DNA of 64,000 nt from a virus. Its lineage: Duplodnaviria; Caudoviricetes. A program made the translations under genes and the position numbers. Below are positions 17,750-27,579 of the stretch, piece after piece; within the stretch, counting starts at the first letter, position 1; each line of letters starts with the position of its first letter. Location: the IMG/VR virus record IMGVR_UViG_2862611759_000001; one strand, written 5' to 3'. The notes beneath the pieces were generated by a model that saw nothing but the letters and a program-made list of their open reading frames with translations, was not told where the DNA came from and did not search any database.

Positions 17750-19328
17750 CCTCGACCCCGACGTCGTCTCCGAGGCCGACGCCACGCTCCGGCTCATCAC
17801 CGCCTACCGGAGGATGCGCCGCGCCGAGCGGCGCCGCGTCGCCCGCCGCGCCAGCCCCGAACTGCGGACCGTCCTCGCCGAAGTCGAGTACGCGATGGCG
17901 CTCGAACGCTCCCCAGGCTCCATGGCCGTCACCCTCACCGACGGCATCGAGATGCAGGCCCCGCACCTGGTCCTCATCGACCGGCTCTTCCAGCGGATGG
18001 CGCGCGGCGAGTCGGTCAAGGCGCTCATCACCATGCCGCCGCGGCACGGGAAGAGCCAGAGAGCAGCCCGGTGGGCGCCGCTGTGGTACCTGTCCCGGCA
18101 CCCCGACCACCGCGTCATGATCGCCTCCTACGGCGCCGACCTCGCCGAGGAGCACTCCCGCTGGATCCGCGACGCCATCAAGACGTACGGCCCCCGCATC
18201 GGCCTCGCCCTCCACGCCGGCTCCCAGGCCGCGGCCCGCTTCGACCTCGCCGACCCCGTCACCGGAGACCGCCTGCGCGGCGGACTCGTCGCCGCCGGTG
18301 TCGGCGGAGGCCTCACCGGCAAGGGCGCCCACCTCGCGATCGTCGACGACCCCATCAAGGACGCCGCCGACGCCGAGTCCCCGACCCTCCGCCGCCGCCT
18401 CTGGTCCTGGTGGACCTCCGTCATCAACACCCGCCTGGAGCCCAACGGCAGCATTCTGGTCATCCAGACCAGGTGGCACGAGCAGGATCTCGCCGGTCGC
18501 CTCCTCGAAGGCGAGGACGCCGACGACTGGATCAAGATCGACCTGCCCGCGATCTGTGACTCCGCCGATGATCCGCTCGGCCGCCCGATCGGCGCCGCAC
18601 TGTGGCCCGGCCGCTTCAACCGGCGCACCCTCAACAAGTTCCGCCGCGCTGTCGGCGAGCGCGTCTGGTGGTCGCTCTACCAGCAGAAGCCCCGCCCGCT
18701 CGAAGGCGGTGTGTGGAAGTGGCCCTGGATCACCGACCACCGCATCGGGCCCGTCGCACTCCGCGGTGTCGACCTCTCCCGCATTGTCGTCGCCGTCGAC
18801 CACGCGGGCGGTGCCGACGACGTCAACGACGAGACGGGCCTCGTCGCGGCCGGCCGCACCGCCGACGGCCACTTCTACGTCGTCGCCGACCAGTCCGACC
18901 GGATGGGCGCCGACACCTGGGGGCACAAGGCCTGCCGTCTCGCCCTGGAAGTCGACGCCGACGCCATCGTCGTCGAGGACAACTTCGGCGGCGACATGGC
19001 CAAGCAGATCATCGTGCAGGCCTGGAAGGAGCTCACGGAGAGCGGCGAGACGAAGGGCCGGCTCATGCCCGCGGTCATCGAGGTCCACGCCAAGCAGGGC
19101 AAGCGGCTGCGCGCGGAGCCGATCGCGCAGCTCTACTCCCAGGGCCTCGTCCACCACGTCGGCGAACACCCCCGCCTCGAAGGGCAGCTCGTCACCTGGA
19201 TTCCCGGCATGGACTCCCCGGACCGCATGGACGCCGCCGTCCACGCCCTCACCGAGCTCGCCGACCCCGCCGCCGCCCCGTCCACGAGCGGCTCGTACTC
19301 CGACCAGCGTCTCGCGGGGCGCCGATGA
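17727..19328 (+). CDS. terL: Terminase large subunit
   Basis: MPPRHGKS Walker A; IVDDPIKD Walker B; QTRWHEQDLAG; LYQQKP; VAVDH nuclease motif; SPDRMDA. Confidence 0.95.
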   Translation: MTTVLRPDLDPDVVSEADATLRLITAYRRMRRAERRRVARRASPELRTVLAEVEYAMALERSPGSMAVTLTDGIEMQAPHLVLIDRLFQRMARGESVKALITMPPRHGKSQRAARWAPLWYLSRHPDHRVMIASYGADLAEEHSRWIRDAIKTYGPRIGLALHAGSQAAARFDLADPVTGDRLRGGLVAAGVGGGLTGKGAHLAIVDDPIKDAADAESPTLRRRLWSWWTSVINTRLEPNGSILVIQTRWHEQDLAGRLLEGEDADDWIKIDLPAICDSADDPLGRPIGAALWPGRFNRRTLNKFRRAVGERVWWSLYQQKPRPLEGGVWKWPWITDHRIGPVALRGVDLSRIVVAVDHAGGADDVNDETGLVAAGRTADGHFYVVADQSDRMGADTWGHKACRLALEVDADAIVVEDNFGGDMAKQIIVQAWKELTESGETKGRLMPAVIEVHAKQGKRLRAEPIAQLYSQGLVHHVGEHPRLEGQLVTWIPGMDSPDRMDAAVHALTELADPAAAPSTSGSYSDQRLAGRR

Positions 19329-19365
19329 GAGATCGAAATCCTTCGGGAATCCAACTCTGAAAGGT

Positions 19366-19395
19366 TCCCGGCTCCAAGAATTCTTGGAGCCGGGA
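19366..19395. repeat. Perfect 30-bp palindrome
   Basis: TCCCGGCTCCAAGAA|TTCTTGGAGCCGGGA. Confidence 0.85.
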
Positions 19396-19529
19396 TTTTC
19401 CACTAGCGAAAATTCTCAGTACATTGGACCTCGGCGCACTGCTCAGTACGCTGAGGTGGGCTCGCGACAACGCGAAGGGCTCCCCGCTGGTTGCGAGGAG
19501 CCGTCGCGGGAGTGTCCCGCTGGGACCGG

Positions 19530-19613
19530 CTACTTCATGATCACCTGGGCTACCAAACCGATTACGGTGATCACGAAGTTCCAAAAGTCCCAGTTGGGAC
19601 CGTCGTCGTCCAT
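19530..19613 (-). CDS. 27-aa hydrophobic peptide MDDDGPNWDFWNFVITVIGLVAQVIMK
   Basis: Manual translation; strong RBS GGAGGGGAG just upstream of the ATG; single TM-like stretch; below the ORF-track cut-off. Confidence 0.6.
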   Translation of the reverse strand: MDDDGPNWDFWNFVITVIGLVAQVIMK

Positions 19614-19939
19614 CTGCTCCCCTCCAACCTCTCGGCAGTCTCACCGGGGTGTGTGCCGGGTGGGACGGGCAGCCGAGTTCCCCGGCCCAGCTGGCGTCGG
19701 AGTCAGGGTTGTTGGGTGGAGACGATCGATTCCGGTACCGAGTTTACGGGCCGTATCGGATCACAAGTTCCAGGCATAGCGCGCTTTTCTGTGTAATGCA
19801 GGCAAACGGCGATTCCCCCATCGGGGTGAATCTTGGCGAGCAGCCACCATCAGACCTCCGCGCCGTCCTTGGGGATCGAGGCCCGCCGCGCCCCGTACGC
19901 TGATCACATGGCGCGGGGCCTGGTAGCGGAGGGTGCCCC

Positions 19940-21793
19940 GTGGGCCTGTTCAGCGGCGTGAAGTCCGTCCTCATCGACGCGTGGGGCTGGGCGAACTACA
20001 AGCCGATCTACTCCGACGCCCTGGGCATGCCGCACCGCCGTGCGTTCCCCGAGGCTGCCGCCTCCTGGGTGCCGGCCGAGGACGAGCGGCGCCTGGCCGC
20101 CTACAAGCTGCTCGCCGCGTACGACAACAACCAGGCGGCCGAGCTGGCCGCGTTCCGGGACGGCGACGCCGCCCGCGAGCGCCGCGAGTTCGGAGACCCG
20201 AGCCTGTTCGTCGAAGCGGTCCTCGCGCACGTCCTGGGCGACGAGCAGACCATCGTCGTGCCCGGCGCTGAACAGACCGCAGCCCAGGACGAGCCGGGCA
20301 CCGACCGCGCGATGGCCGAACGCGTCCAGACCCTGCTCCGCGCCTGGGCCGTGGACGAGCTCCTCGCCATGCGGGTCATGCAGACCGAGCGGAAGGCCGT
20401 CACCTACGGGGACGGCGTCTACCTCCTCGCCTGGGACCCGGCCAAGGGCCGCGTCCGCTGCAAGACCTACGACCCCGGCTTCTACTTCCCCGTCCTCGGC
20501 GAAGACGGCGACGCGACCGACTACCCCGAGCGCGTCCACCTCGCCTGGGAGCTCCCCGAGGACAAGAAGCGCGGCCTGAAGCCGCGGCTTCGCCGCATCA
20601 CCTACGAGCTCGGCTGGATCCACCCAGCCACCACCTCCGGCATCGACCAGACCGGCCGGCCCGTGCGCACCCTGGTCGAGACTGAGCCCGACGACGGCAC
20701 CCCCGCCCAGCCGGTCCTCGGCGTCGGCGACACCATCACCCCAGAGGGCCTGATCGTCCGCCAGTACCCGTGGAACGACACCCCGTCGCACTTCACCTGC
20801 TACCTCACCGACGCCACCTGGGACCTCGGCGACCTCAAGGGCCCCCACGACGTCGACGACCTGCCCATGGACAAGGCGCACTTCGCGACCAACGCCGCAG
20901 GCGAGGTCCTCGACCGGCTCGACCTCTACATCGACTTCCTCCCGATCGTCCACGTGCCCAACACCGTCCCCGACGCCGAGGAGCACTGGGGCACCTCGTC
21001 CCTCGCGAAGGTCTTGCAGGTCTTCGACGAGCTCTCCGGCACCGACACCGACTCCGCGAAGGCCTCCGCGACGACCGGCGCCCCGATCCTCGCGATCTCC
21101 GGCCGCGGCGGCAGCGGCCGGCGCAGCGAGATGGCCGTCGCCCCCGGCACCATCCTCGAACTCGGAGAGGGCGGCCGGCTCGACGCCGTCGACACCTCCC
21201 CGCAGCTCGCCGAGCTCCGCAACCGGACCACGGAGCTCTCGGAGCGGGCCGCGACCATCGCCCGGCTGCCCGCCGTCGCGCTCGGCACCGTCAACCCCAC
21301 CGAGGTCCCCTCCGGCTACGCCCTGGAGATCTCCCTCGGCCCGCTCAACTCCCTCGTCGGCGCCATGCGCCTCGCCCGCGCGCACAAGTACGTCCTGCTG
21401 CTCAAGATGGTGCAGCGCCTCTCCCTGGCCGGGCAGCACCCCGACTGGGCCGGGGTCCGCCCGCAGCCCGCCGAGCTCGCCTTCGGCCCGTACACCCCGA
21501 CCGACAAGGCCGCCGTCCTCGAGCAGGTCACCAACGCGGTCAAGGGCGGCGTCATGTCGCTGGAGACCGGCATCCGCATCCTCGCCGAGGCCGGCTGGCC
21601 CATGGAGGACGCCGAGACCGAGATCCAGCTCATCCAGTCCCGCCGCTTCGAGGACGCCCGGATCCTCGCCGACGCGACCGGCTCCACGAAGGCCGTCGGC
21701 GACTACCTCGGCATCGACATCGAGCCCGACCCGACGCCGCCCACGCCGCAGCTGCCCAATCCTGAGCAGAGCGTCGCGTCCGGTGAGCTATGA
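19940..21793 (+). CDS. Portal protein
   Basis: 617 aa after terL; FLPIVHVPN...WGTSSL and PSGYAL motifs of SPP1 gp6-like portals. Confidence 0.85.
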   Translation: MGLFSGVKSVLIDAWGWANYKPIYSDALGMPHRRAFPEAAASWVPAEDERRLAAYKLLAAYDNNQAAELAAFRDGDAARERREFGDPSLFVEAVLAHVLGDEQTIVVPGAEQTAAQDEPGTDRAMAERVQTLLRAWAVDELLAMRVMQTERKAVTYGDGVYLLAWDPAKGRVRCKTYDPGFYFPVLGEDGDATDYPERVHLAWELPEDKKRGLKPRLRRITYELGWIHPATTSGIDQTGRPVRTLVETEPDDGTPAQPVLGVGDTITPEGLIVRQYPWNDTPSHFTCYLTDATWDLGDLKGPHDVDDLPMDKAHFATNAAGEVLDRLDLYIDFLPIVHVPNTVPDAEEHWGTSSLAKVLQVFDELSGTDTDSAKASATTGAPILAISGRGGSGRRSEMAVAPGTILELGEGGRLDAVDTSPQLAELRNRTTELSERAATIARLPAVALGTVNPTEVPSGYALEISLGPLNSLVGAMRLARAHKYVLLLKMVQRLSLAGQHPDWAGVRPQPAELAFGPYTPTDKAAVLEQVTNAVKGGVMSLETGIRILAEAGWPMEDAETEIQLIQSRRFEDARILADATGSTKAVGDYLGIDIEPDPTPPTPQLPNPEQSVASGEL

Positions 21794-22100
21794 CACAACG
21801 GCTCATACGCGTCGACCGCGATTGACACCTCCACTACCCTCGTGACGTCAGGTAGGCGAATGAGCAGCCCTGCTCACCTCCGCCGAGGCGTAGTTGCATC
21901 GGGTCAGACCCGCTGTGTGCTTGTGTGCAGACGAGCGCACTTTGAGTCGGGTACGCCGAGGCAACTGCGCTGCTGACAAGGACAGCTGAGGGGCCTGGGA
22001 ACGAACAAGAGCCCCGCAGGGTGCCAGCCCTGCGAGGCTCTTGCCTGGCCCGTGCCCGGTCGATATCAGGTTCACGGATATCGGCTGGGCTTCAGCTGTT

Positions 22101-22244
22101 CTACCACCAGACCCGAGCGGCCCTGTACAGCTCCTGACCGGCCTCGGTCGCAGCCCCCTTGAGCAGACCCACCATCACCGCGATGGCGGCCAGCACCAAG
22201 AGGCGGCGGAACAACCTCTTGCGCCTCTCGAACCAACTCCTCAT
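22101..22244 (-). CDS. 47-aa basic single-TM peptide
   Basis: MRSWFERRKRLFRRLLVLAAIAVMVGLLKGAATEAGQELYRAARVWW with RBS AAGGAG. Confidence 0.6.
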   Translation of the reverse strand: MRSWFERRKRLFRRLLVLAAIAVMVGLLKGAATEAGQELYRAARVWW

Positions 22245-22557
22245 GATCGTCTCCTTGTCTCCGAGGGCGGAGTCTGTCTCCGCACGAGGGCGCAGACAGG
22301 AGAGCCAGACGAGTCGTTTCGAGGGGCAGACTACGGCAGCGACGTCTACCAGCACACGCAAAGGGGCCGCACTGTAAGCCTCCTCACTTTCCGTCAAAAA
22401 AGATGCGGGCGGCCGTACTCGATCTTCAGAGGTTTCGCAGCGCGCAGCCGCCTTCATGGAGATCCGGCACGACCTGGGGGAACGACCCGGCGAATGTGTG
22501 CTCTCCTTGGATCAAGGCGCGGGGCCTGACGAACTTCTCTCGGGAGGTAGTGCCCCC

Positions 22558-23397
22558 ATGCGCCGCCCCGCGCTGTACCGCCCTACGCCGGCCGACACCG
22601 CCTGGTCCCACCCGTACGCGGGTGTCGACGCGCTCGCCGTCTTCTACAACTCCGGCGGCACCGAGCCGGTCGTGCCGCCCGCCCCGGTCGTTCCGCCGGC
22701 GCCGAGCCCGGCCGACATCCCGCCGCGCCCGACGCCGCCCGCGCCGCCAGCCCCCGCCGGTCCGGGCCCTCTCCTCGACCGCGACTCCGGCCTGCCGATG
22801 ACCCAGGAGCGCCTGAACACCCTGATGGCGACGCAGCAGGGCCGCGGCCGCCGCAAGCTGCTCCGCGAGCTCGCCGAGGCGTCCGGCCTCTCCATCGACG
22901 TCGACAACTTCGACCCGACCACCTTCGGGACCCTGCTCAAGGGCGCCGAGGACGCACGGAAGGCACAGCTCACCGAGGCGCAGAAGACGGCGGAGGAACT
23001 CACCGCCCGGGAGGCGGCCCTGACGGCCCGGGAGCAGGCCGCGCAGGCCCGCGAGGACGCCGCTGCCGCCCGCGACCGCGAGTCCAAGGTCCGTGCCGCG
23101 CTCGCCCGCCTCAACGCCCACGGTGACGACCAGGACGACGCGTACGAGCTGGTCAAGGGCAAGCTCCCCGACGGCGCCGACGACGCGGCCATCACCGCGG
23201 CCGCCGAAGCGCTCAAGGAGCGCCGCCCGACGCTCTTCGGCGGCACCCCCGCGGCGCCCCCGCTCCCGCCCGCCCCCGGTGGCGCCCCGGCCGGCGGCCC
23301 GCCGCCGCGCACCCCCGCTGGCGGCAAGGACGCCCTCCGAGAGGCGGCCCGCCAGCGCGCGATCGACATGGGGCTGCGCTCGGCCGACGCCGCCTGA
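22558..23397 (+). CDS. Capsid scaffolding protein
   Basis: Pro-rich N-terminus; coiled coil; LKERRPTLFG motif; position between portal and capsid. Confidence 0.8.
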   Translation: MRRPALYRPTPADTAWSHPYAGVDALAVFYNSGGTEPVVPPAPVVPPAPSPADIPPRPTPPAPPAPAGPGPLLDRDSGLPMTQERLNTLMATQQGRGRRKLLRELAEASGLSIDVDNFDPTTFGTLLKGAEDARKAQLTEAQKTAEELTAREAALTAREQAAQAREDAAAARDRESKVRAALARLNAHGDDQDDAYELVKGKLPDGADDAAITAAAEALKERRPTLFGGTPAAPPLPPAPGGAPAGGPPPRTPAGGKDALREAARQRAIDMGLRSADAA

Positions 23398-23423
23398 CCA
23401 ACCCGCACCACCACAGCCTGGGA

Positions 23424-23461
23424 CCACGCCCAACCCCTCGTGGACGGCACCACGCAGTGCC
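23424..23461 (+). promoter_or_regulatory. Two-hairpin late-gene leader motif, copy 1
   Basis: CCACG-loop-CGTGG-AC-GGCAC-CACGCA-GTGCC. Confidence 0.6.
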
Positions 23462-23500
23462 TCACCACCGTTTCCGCGATCACCGCGAAAGGGGTTCGGC

Positions 23501-24235
23501 GTGGACATCCAGCCGTACACCACCAGCGAGACGCTCTCCGTCGGCCGCCCGTGGCTGATGAGCATGCTCGGCATCGAAGCGAACCAGACGGTCACCCTCG
23601 ACCTGACCGCCTTTGACCAGAACATCCACTGGCTGGAGGCGTCGAAGTACCAGCCCGAGAGGCGGCTGAAGTCCGGCATCCCCCTTGGCCGGAACACCGC
23701 CACCGGGCTGTACGAGCCGTACGCGGCCGTCACCAACGAGGTCCAGTCCGTCACCGTCACCGGCGCCCCGACCGGCGGCACATTCACCCTCACGCTCAAC
23801 GGGCAGACCGCCGCCGCCATCGCGTACAACGCGACCGCCGCGGCCGTGCAGGCGGCGCTCGTCGCCCTGTCGAACATCAACCCGGGCGACGTCACCGTCA
23901 CCGGCAACGCCGGCGGCCCCTACACGGTCACGTTCGGCGGCCAGTACCTGGGCGACAACGTGACCCAGATGACCGCCACCGCGTCCCTGACCGGCGGCAC
24001 CACCCCGGGCGTCACCGTCGCCACCACCACGGGCGGCGGCACAGCGACCGCCTCCGACGGCACCCAGCTCTTCGCCGGGTTCCTCTTCACCGAGGTCAGC
24101 TTCTACCCCGGCTCCACCAAGGCCGCCGCGCCGCTGATGGTCCACGGCCAGATCGACGTCGCCAAGCTGCCGGTCGCCTTCGACCCGAAGGACGTCCCGG
24201 CCGGCTCCAACACCCAGTTCGTCTACAAGGTCTGA
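23501..24235 (+). CDS. Head decoration protein with inserted beta-rich (GGTFTL) domain
   Basis: GTG at 23501; LKSGIPLG...GLYEPY and FAGFLF...HGQI..KLP halves split by an NEVQ...GGTFTL domain. Confidence 0.8.
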   Translation: MDIQPYTTSETLSVGRPWLMSMLGIEANQTVTLDLTAFDQNIHWLEASKYQPERRLKSGIPLGRNTATGLYEPYAAVTNEVQSVTVTGAPTGGTFTLTLNGQTAAAIAYNATAAAVQAALVALSNINPGDVTVTGNAGGPYTVTFGGQYLGDNVTQMTATASLTGGTTPGVTVATTTGGGTATASDGTQLFAGFLFTEVSFYPGSTKAAAPLMVHGQIDVAKLPVAFDPKDVPAGSNTQFVYKV

Positions 24236-24245
24236 GGAGGCCCCC

Positions 24246-25310
24246 ATGCCGAACGACATGCTTGAGGTCCTCCTGCGGGACATCAACCCGACCGAGATCA
24301 ACGCCTTCGTGCGCGAGATCCAGACCCCCGCGGACTACGCGCTCACCCAGTCCGTCTTCCCCGAGCGCACCGTGAACTCGGTGAAGTGGCAGATCCGCGG
24401 CACCCGCCGCCGGGTCGCCGCCGCCACGTACCGCGCCTGGGACGCCCAGACCCGCGTCGCCACCCGGCAGATCGAGCGCTGGGCGACCGAGGGCAAGCTC
24501 CTCCCGCTCGGCCAGAAGTACATCATCGGCGAGCTCGAGACCATCCTGGAGAACATCCAGCGCGGCATGGACTCCAAGGACCTCGTGACAGCCATCTACG
24601 ACGATGCGGCCGCGCACGTGCTGTCCGTCAAGCACCGCATGGAGCTCGCCGCCGGCGACTGCCTCGTCGACGGCAAGTTCACGCTTCAGGGCGAGAACAA
24701 CCTCATGCTGGAAGCCGACCACAAGGTCCCCGCGGCGAACATGCCGACCGCCCCGGTCGCCTGGACCAACCCGGCCGCCGACATGCTCGGCGACGAGCTC
24801 CGCTGGATCGAGCTGCTCCGCAAGACCGGCGCCCCGCGCCCGACCCGCGCGCTCACCTCCTACAAGGGCATGGCCCTGGCCATGGCGAACGACAGCTACC
24901 GCGCCGCGTACTACGGCTCGGTCAACAGCGCCTCCACCATCCCCACGGCCGTCCTCGCCCCCAACGAGGTCAACGTCGTCCGCGGCCGCTACGGCCTGCC
25001 GCCGATCGTCGACTACGACGTCACCATCCCGCTGGAGGACGGCACCGACGTCCGCCCGTTGCCCGAGAACATGTTCTTCCTCCTGCCGCCGGACGCCCGC
25101 CAGATGGGCGAGACCCAGTACGGCCTCACCGCCGAGGGGATGGTGCTGTCCTCGGGCGGCAACCCGTCCATCGACCGCGAGGAGGCCCCGGGCATCATCG
25201 TCACCTCCGGCTACGAAGACGACCCGGTCCAGGTGTGGACGAAGGGCGCTGCCGCGGCGATGCCCGTCATGTACACCCCGGACATCCACATCGCCGCGAC
25301 GATCTGGTGA
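24246..25310 (+). CDS. Major capsid protein (lambda E-like family)
   Basis: 354 aa; strong RBS GAGGAGG; RMELAAGDCLVDGKF and DPVQVWTKGAAAAMPV motifs. Confidence 0.88.
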   Translation: MPNDMLEVLLRDINPTEINAFVREIQTPADYALTQSVFPERTVNSVKWQIRGTRRRVAAATYRAWDAQTRVATRQIERWATEGKLLPLGQKYIIGELETILENIQRGMDSKDLVTAIYDDAAAHVLSVKHRMELAAGDCLVDGKFTLQGENNLMLEADHKVPAANMPTAPVAWTNPAADMLGDELRWIELLRKTGAPRPTRALTSYKGMALAMANDSYRAAYYGSVNSASTIPTAVLAPNEVNVVRGRYGLPPIVDYDVTIPLEDGTDVRPLPENMFFLLPPDARQMGETQYGLTAEGMVLSSGGNPSIDREEAPGIIVTSGYEDDPVQVWTKGAAAAMPVMYTPDIHIAATIW

Positions 25311-25315
25311 CCGCC

Positions 25316-25723
25316 ATGACTGCTGCCCAGCTTCGGACCACCGTCTTCGTGAAGGACCCCGACACCCACCAGACCGTCGAGCTGCACCCGGGCACCTGCC
25401 CCGAGCCCCGGCTCGCCGCCCTGGTGACCAACCCGTCCGCCTGGGTCGACGGCAAGCTCCCGCGTCTGCGCCTGCCGCAGAAGCCGGCGCCCGACGCCGA
25501 CCAGCAGGAGACGCCACAGGACCCTCGCCAGGGGGACGGCGACGGCCCGGGGGACACCCCGGGCGCCGACTCCGACACCGGATCCGACAAGGACTCCTCG
25601 CCCTCCGCCGAGCCCGACGAGGGCACCGAGGGCTCCGAGGAGAAGCCGCCCACCCGGGCGGCCAAGAAGACGGCCGCGCGCAAGCCGGCTGAGACCGCCG
25701 CCGAGGGCACCGGCGGTCAGTAA
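25316..25723 (+). CDS. Virion-associated hypothetical protein
   Basis: MTAAQLRTTVFVKDP...VTNPSAW plus disordered tail. Confidence 0.7.
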   Translation: MTAAQLRTTVFVKDPDTHQTVELHPGTCPEPRLAALVTNPSAWVDGKLPRLRLPQKPAPDADQQETPQDPRQGDGDGPGDTPGADSDTGSDKDSSPSAEPDEGTEGSEEKPPTRAAKKTAARKPAETAAEGTGGQ

Positions 25724-25812
25724 GCGAGTACGGGCCCGGCCCCGGTGGGGGCGCCAGGGCCGGACCCGTACCCGTGTCCCTTCCCGCCCCGCCGCCTACC
25801 CGGAGATCCCGC

Positions 25813-26148
25813 ATGGATGCCGCCGTACGCGCCTGGCTCATCTCGCAGCTCGGCACCAGCACCGACCTCGCCGATCTCGACAACCGCTACGCCCGCCTCG
25901 GAGCCGCCCGCCCCGTCGCCCTGGAGCTCCTGCGCGAGCGCCTCGCCGCGCTCATCCACGACCAGCCCAGCACCCTCGCCGTCTCCGGCGTCGTCTCCCT
26001 CTCGTACAGCGAGAACATCCGCGCCCTCGAACGGCACATCGCCGCCCTGGCCAACGGCGAGCCCCCGGCGCCCGACGACCCCACCGGCCCGAGCGGCGCC
26101 CCCGACGGCCTCGGCATCCTCCAACTCGTCGAGCGACCCCGCAGATGA
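25813..26148 (+). CDS. Head-tail adaptor
   Basis: Size and position after capsid; helical. Confidence 0.6.
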   Translation: MDAAVRAWLISQLGTSTDLADLDNRYARLGAARPVALELLRERLAALIHDQPSTLAVSGVVSLSYSENIRALERHIAALANGEPPAPDDPTGPSGAPDGLGILQLVERPRR

Positions 26149-26984
26149 CCACCCCGCTCCAGCCGGCCGCCCCAGAGCGCGACGCCGCCATCGCCTCCGC
26201 CGCGTTCGCGCTCGCCGCCGCCTGGGCCCAGCTGCACCGCGCCCAGCTCGAGACCATCCGCGCCCTCGAACTGCAGCGAGCCGACCGGGCACGCGGCGCG
26301 ATCCAGCGCGTCCGCCGCACCCTGCAGACCTTCACCACCGCGGTCGCCGTCTTCGACCGCGCCGCCCGCGCCGTCGCCGAACGATGGGCAGCCCAGGACC
26401 TCCCGCTGCTCTACCGCTCCGGCGCCACCCTCGCGCTCGCCCGCGCCCTGCGCCACCTCCCGCTCGACCACCGGTCGTTCACCTGGACCGACCGGCACCA
26501 GGCCGCCATCACCAGCCTGTCGGCGCGGTACTACACCGACCTCATCACCCGCATCCAGGAGACCGTCCGCCGCGCGCAGGCCTTCACCCGCACCGCGCAG
26601 GTCCAGGCCCGCACCACGGCCGGCGTCGACCGCCGAGCCCTCCTCGACCGGCACGGACTGGACACCGTCGTCTACCGCAACGCCGCCAAGCACCCCGTGG
26701 ACGCCTGGGCCCGCGCCGCCCTCGGCCAGCAAGCCACCACCACCGTCAACACCGCCGCCCTCACCCTGGGCCGCTACGACCTCGACGCCCACTGGTTCGA
26801 GTGCATCGACGGCAGCGAGTGCGGCTTCACCGGCCACAACGACCTCGACAAGGCCAACGGCACCATCCGCTCCGCCGAAGACGCCGAGACCTGGCCCATC
26901 GCCCACTTCGGCTGCATCCGCCAGTGGATCCCCCGCCCCGACCTCACCACCGCCCCCGGCCTCGAATCAGGAGCAGACCTCTGA
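26145..26984 (+). CDS. Minor capsid (MuF-like) protein
   Basis: C-terminal DGSECG...ANG...PIAHFGCIR motif. Confidence 0.65.
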   Translation: MTTPLQPAAPERDAAIASAAFALAAAWAQLHRAQLETIRALELQRADRARGAIQRVRRTLQTFTTAVAVFDRAARAVAERWAAQDLPLLYRSGATLALARALRHLPLDHRSFTWTDRHQAAITSLSARYYTDLITRIQETVRRAQAFTRTAQVQARTTAGVDRRALLDRHGLDTVVYRNAAKHPVDAWARAALGQQATTTVNTAALTLGRYDLDAHWFECIDGSECGFTGHNDLDKANGTIRSAEDAETWPIAHFGCIRQWIPRPDLTTAPGLESGADL

Positions 26985-27205
26985 TGCGGATCTACATCAC
27001 CGACGGCACCCGCACCGTGCAGCTCACCGCCAGCACGCGCGAGCGGACCAGCCTGAAGGACGCCGAGAAGACCGTCCGCCGCCTGTTCGCCGCGCTCCCC
27101 GGCCCGGCCCCGGACAAGCCGAACCCGATCGGCTTCACCGTCGCCGTGCGCTCCGGCACCGAACTCGCCAACGACTCCGACGGAACCGAGGAGGACCGGG
27201 CGTGA
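26984..27205 (+). CDS. Small hypothetical protein
   Basis: Coupled start; PNPIGF motif. Confidence 0.6.
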   Translation: MRIYITDGTRTVQLTASTRERTSLKDAEKTVRRLFAALPGPAPDKPNPIGFTVAVRSGTELANDSDGTEEDRA

Positions 27206-27579
27206 ACGAACAGACCTTCGCCGACGAACCGCACACCGTCCGCATCACCGCCGACGGCCACACCGCCACCGTCGTCCTCGACGGTGCCGACATGAGCAGG
27301 GCGCTCGCCGGCTACACCCTGGAGCACCGCGTCGGGCAGCCGCCGCTCCTCGTCCTGTACCCCTCGCCCCGCCACTCCGCCGCCTTCGACGGCCTGGCGC
27401 ACGTCGCCGTCGCCGAGACGACCGACCCGGGCCCGGCCGTCGCCGAGTTCCTGCGCCACATCAACCCGACCGCGCTCGACCAGGCCGCGCTCCAGCGCAA
27501 CGACCTCGACGGCTCCCCGAACGAGCTCACGAAGGCGATGCTGGCGCAGCTCATCGACTGGGCGGAGGGCCGCACATGA
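27202..27579 (+). CDS. Hypothetical protein
   Basis: RBS GAGGAGG; coupled. Confidence 0.7.
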   Translation: MNEQTFADEPHTVRITADGHTATVVLDGADMSRALAGYTLEHRVGQPPLLVLYPSPRHSAAFDGLAHVAVAETTDPGPAVAEFLRHINPTALDQAALQRNDLDGSPNELTKAMLAQLIDWAEGRT

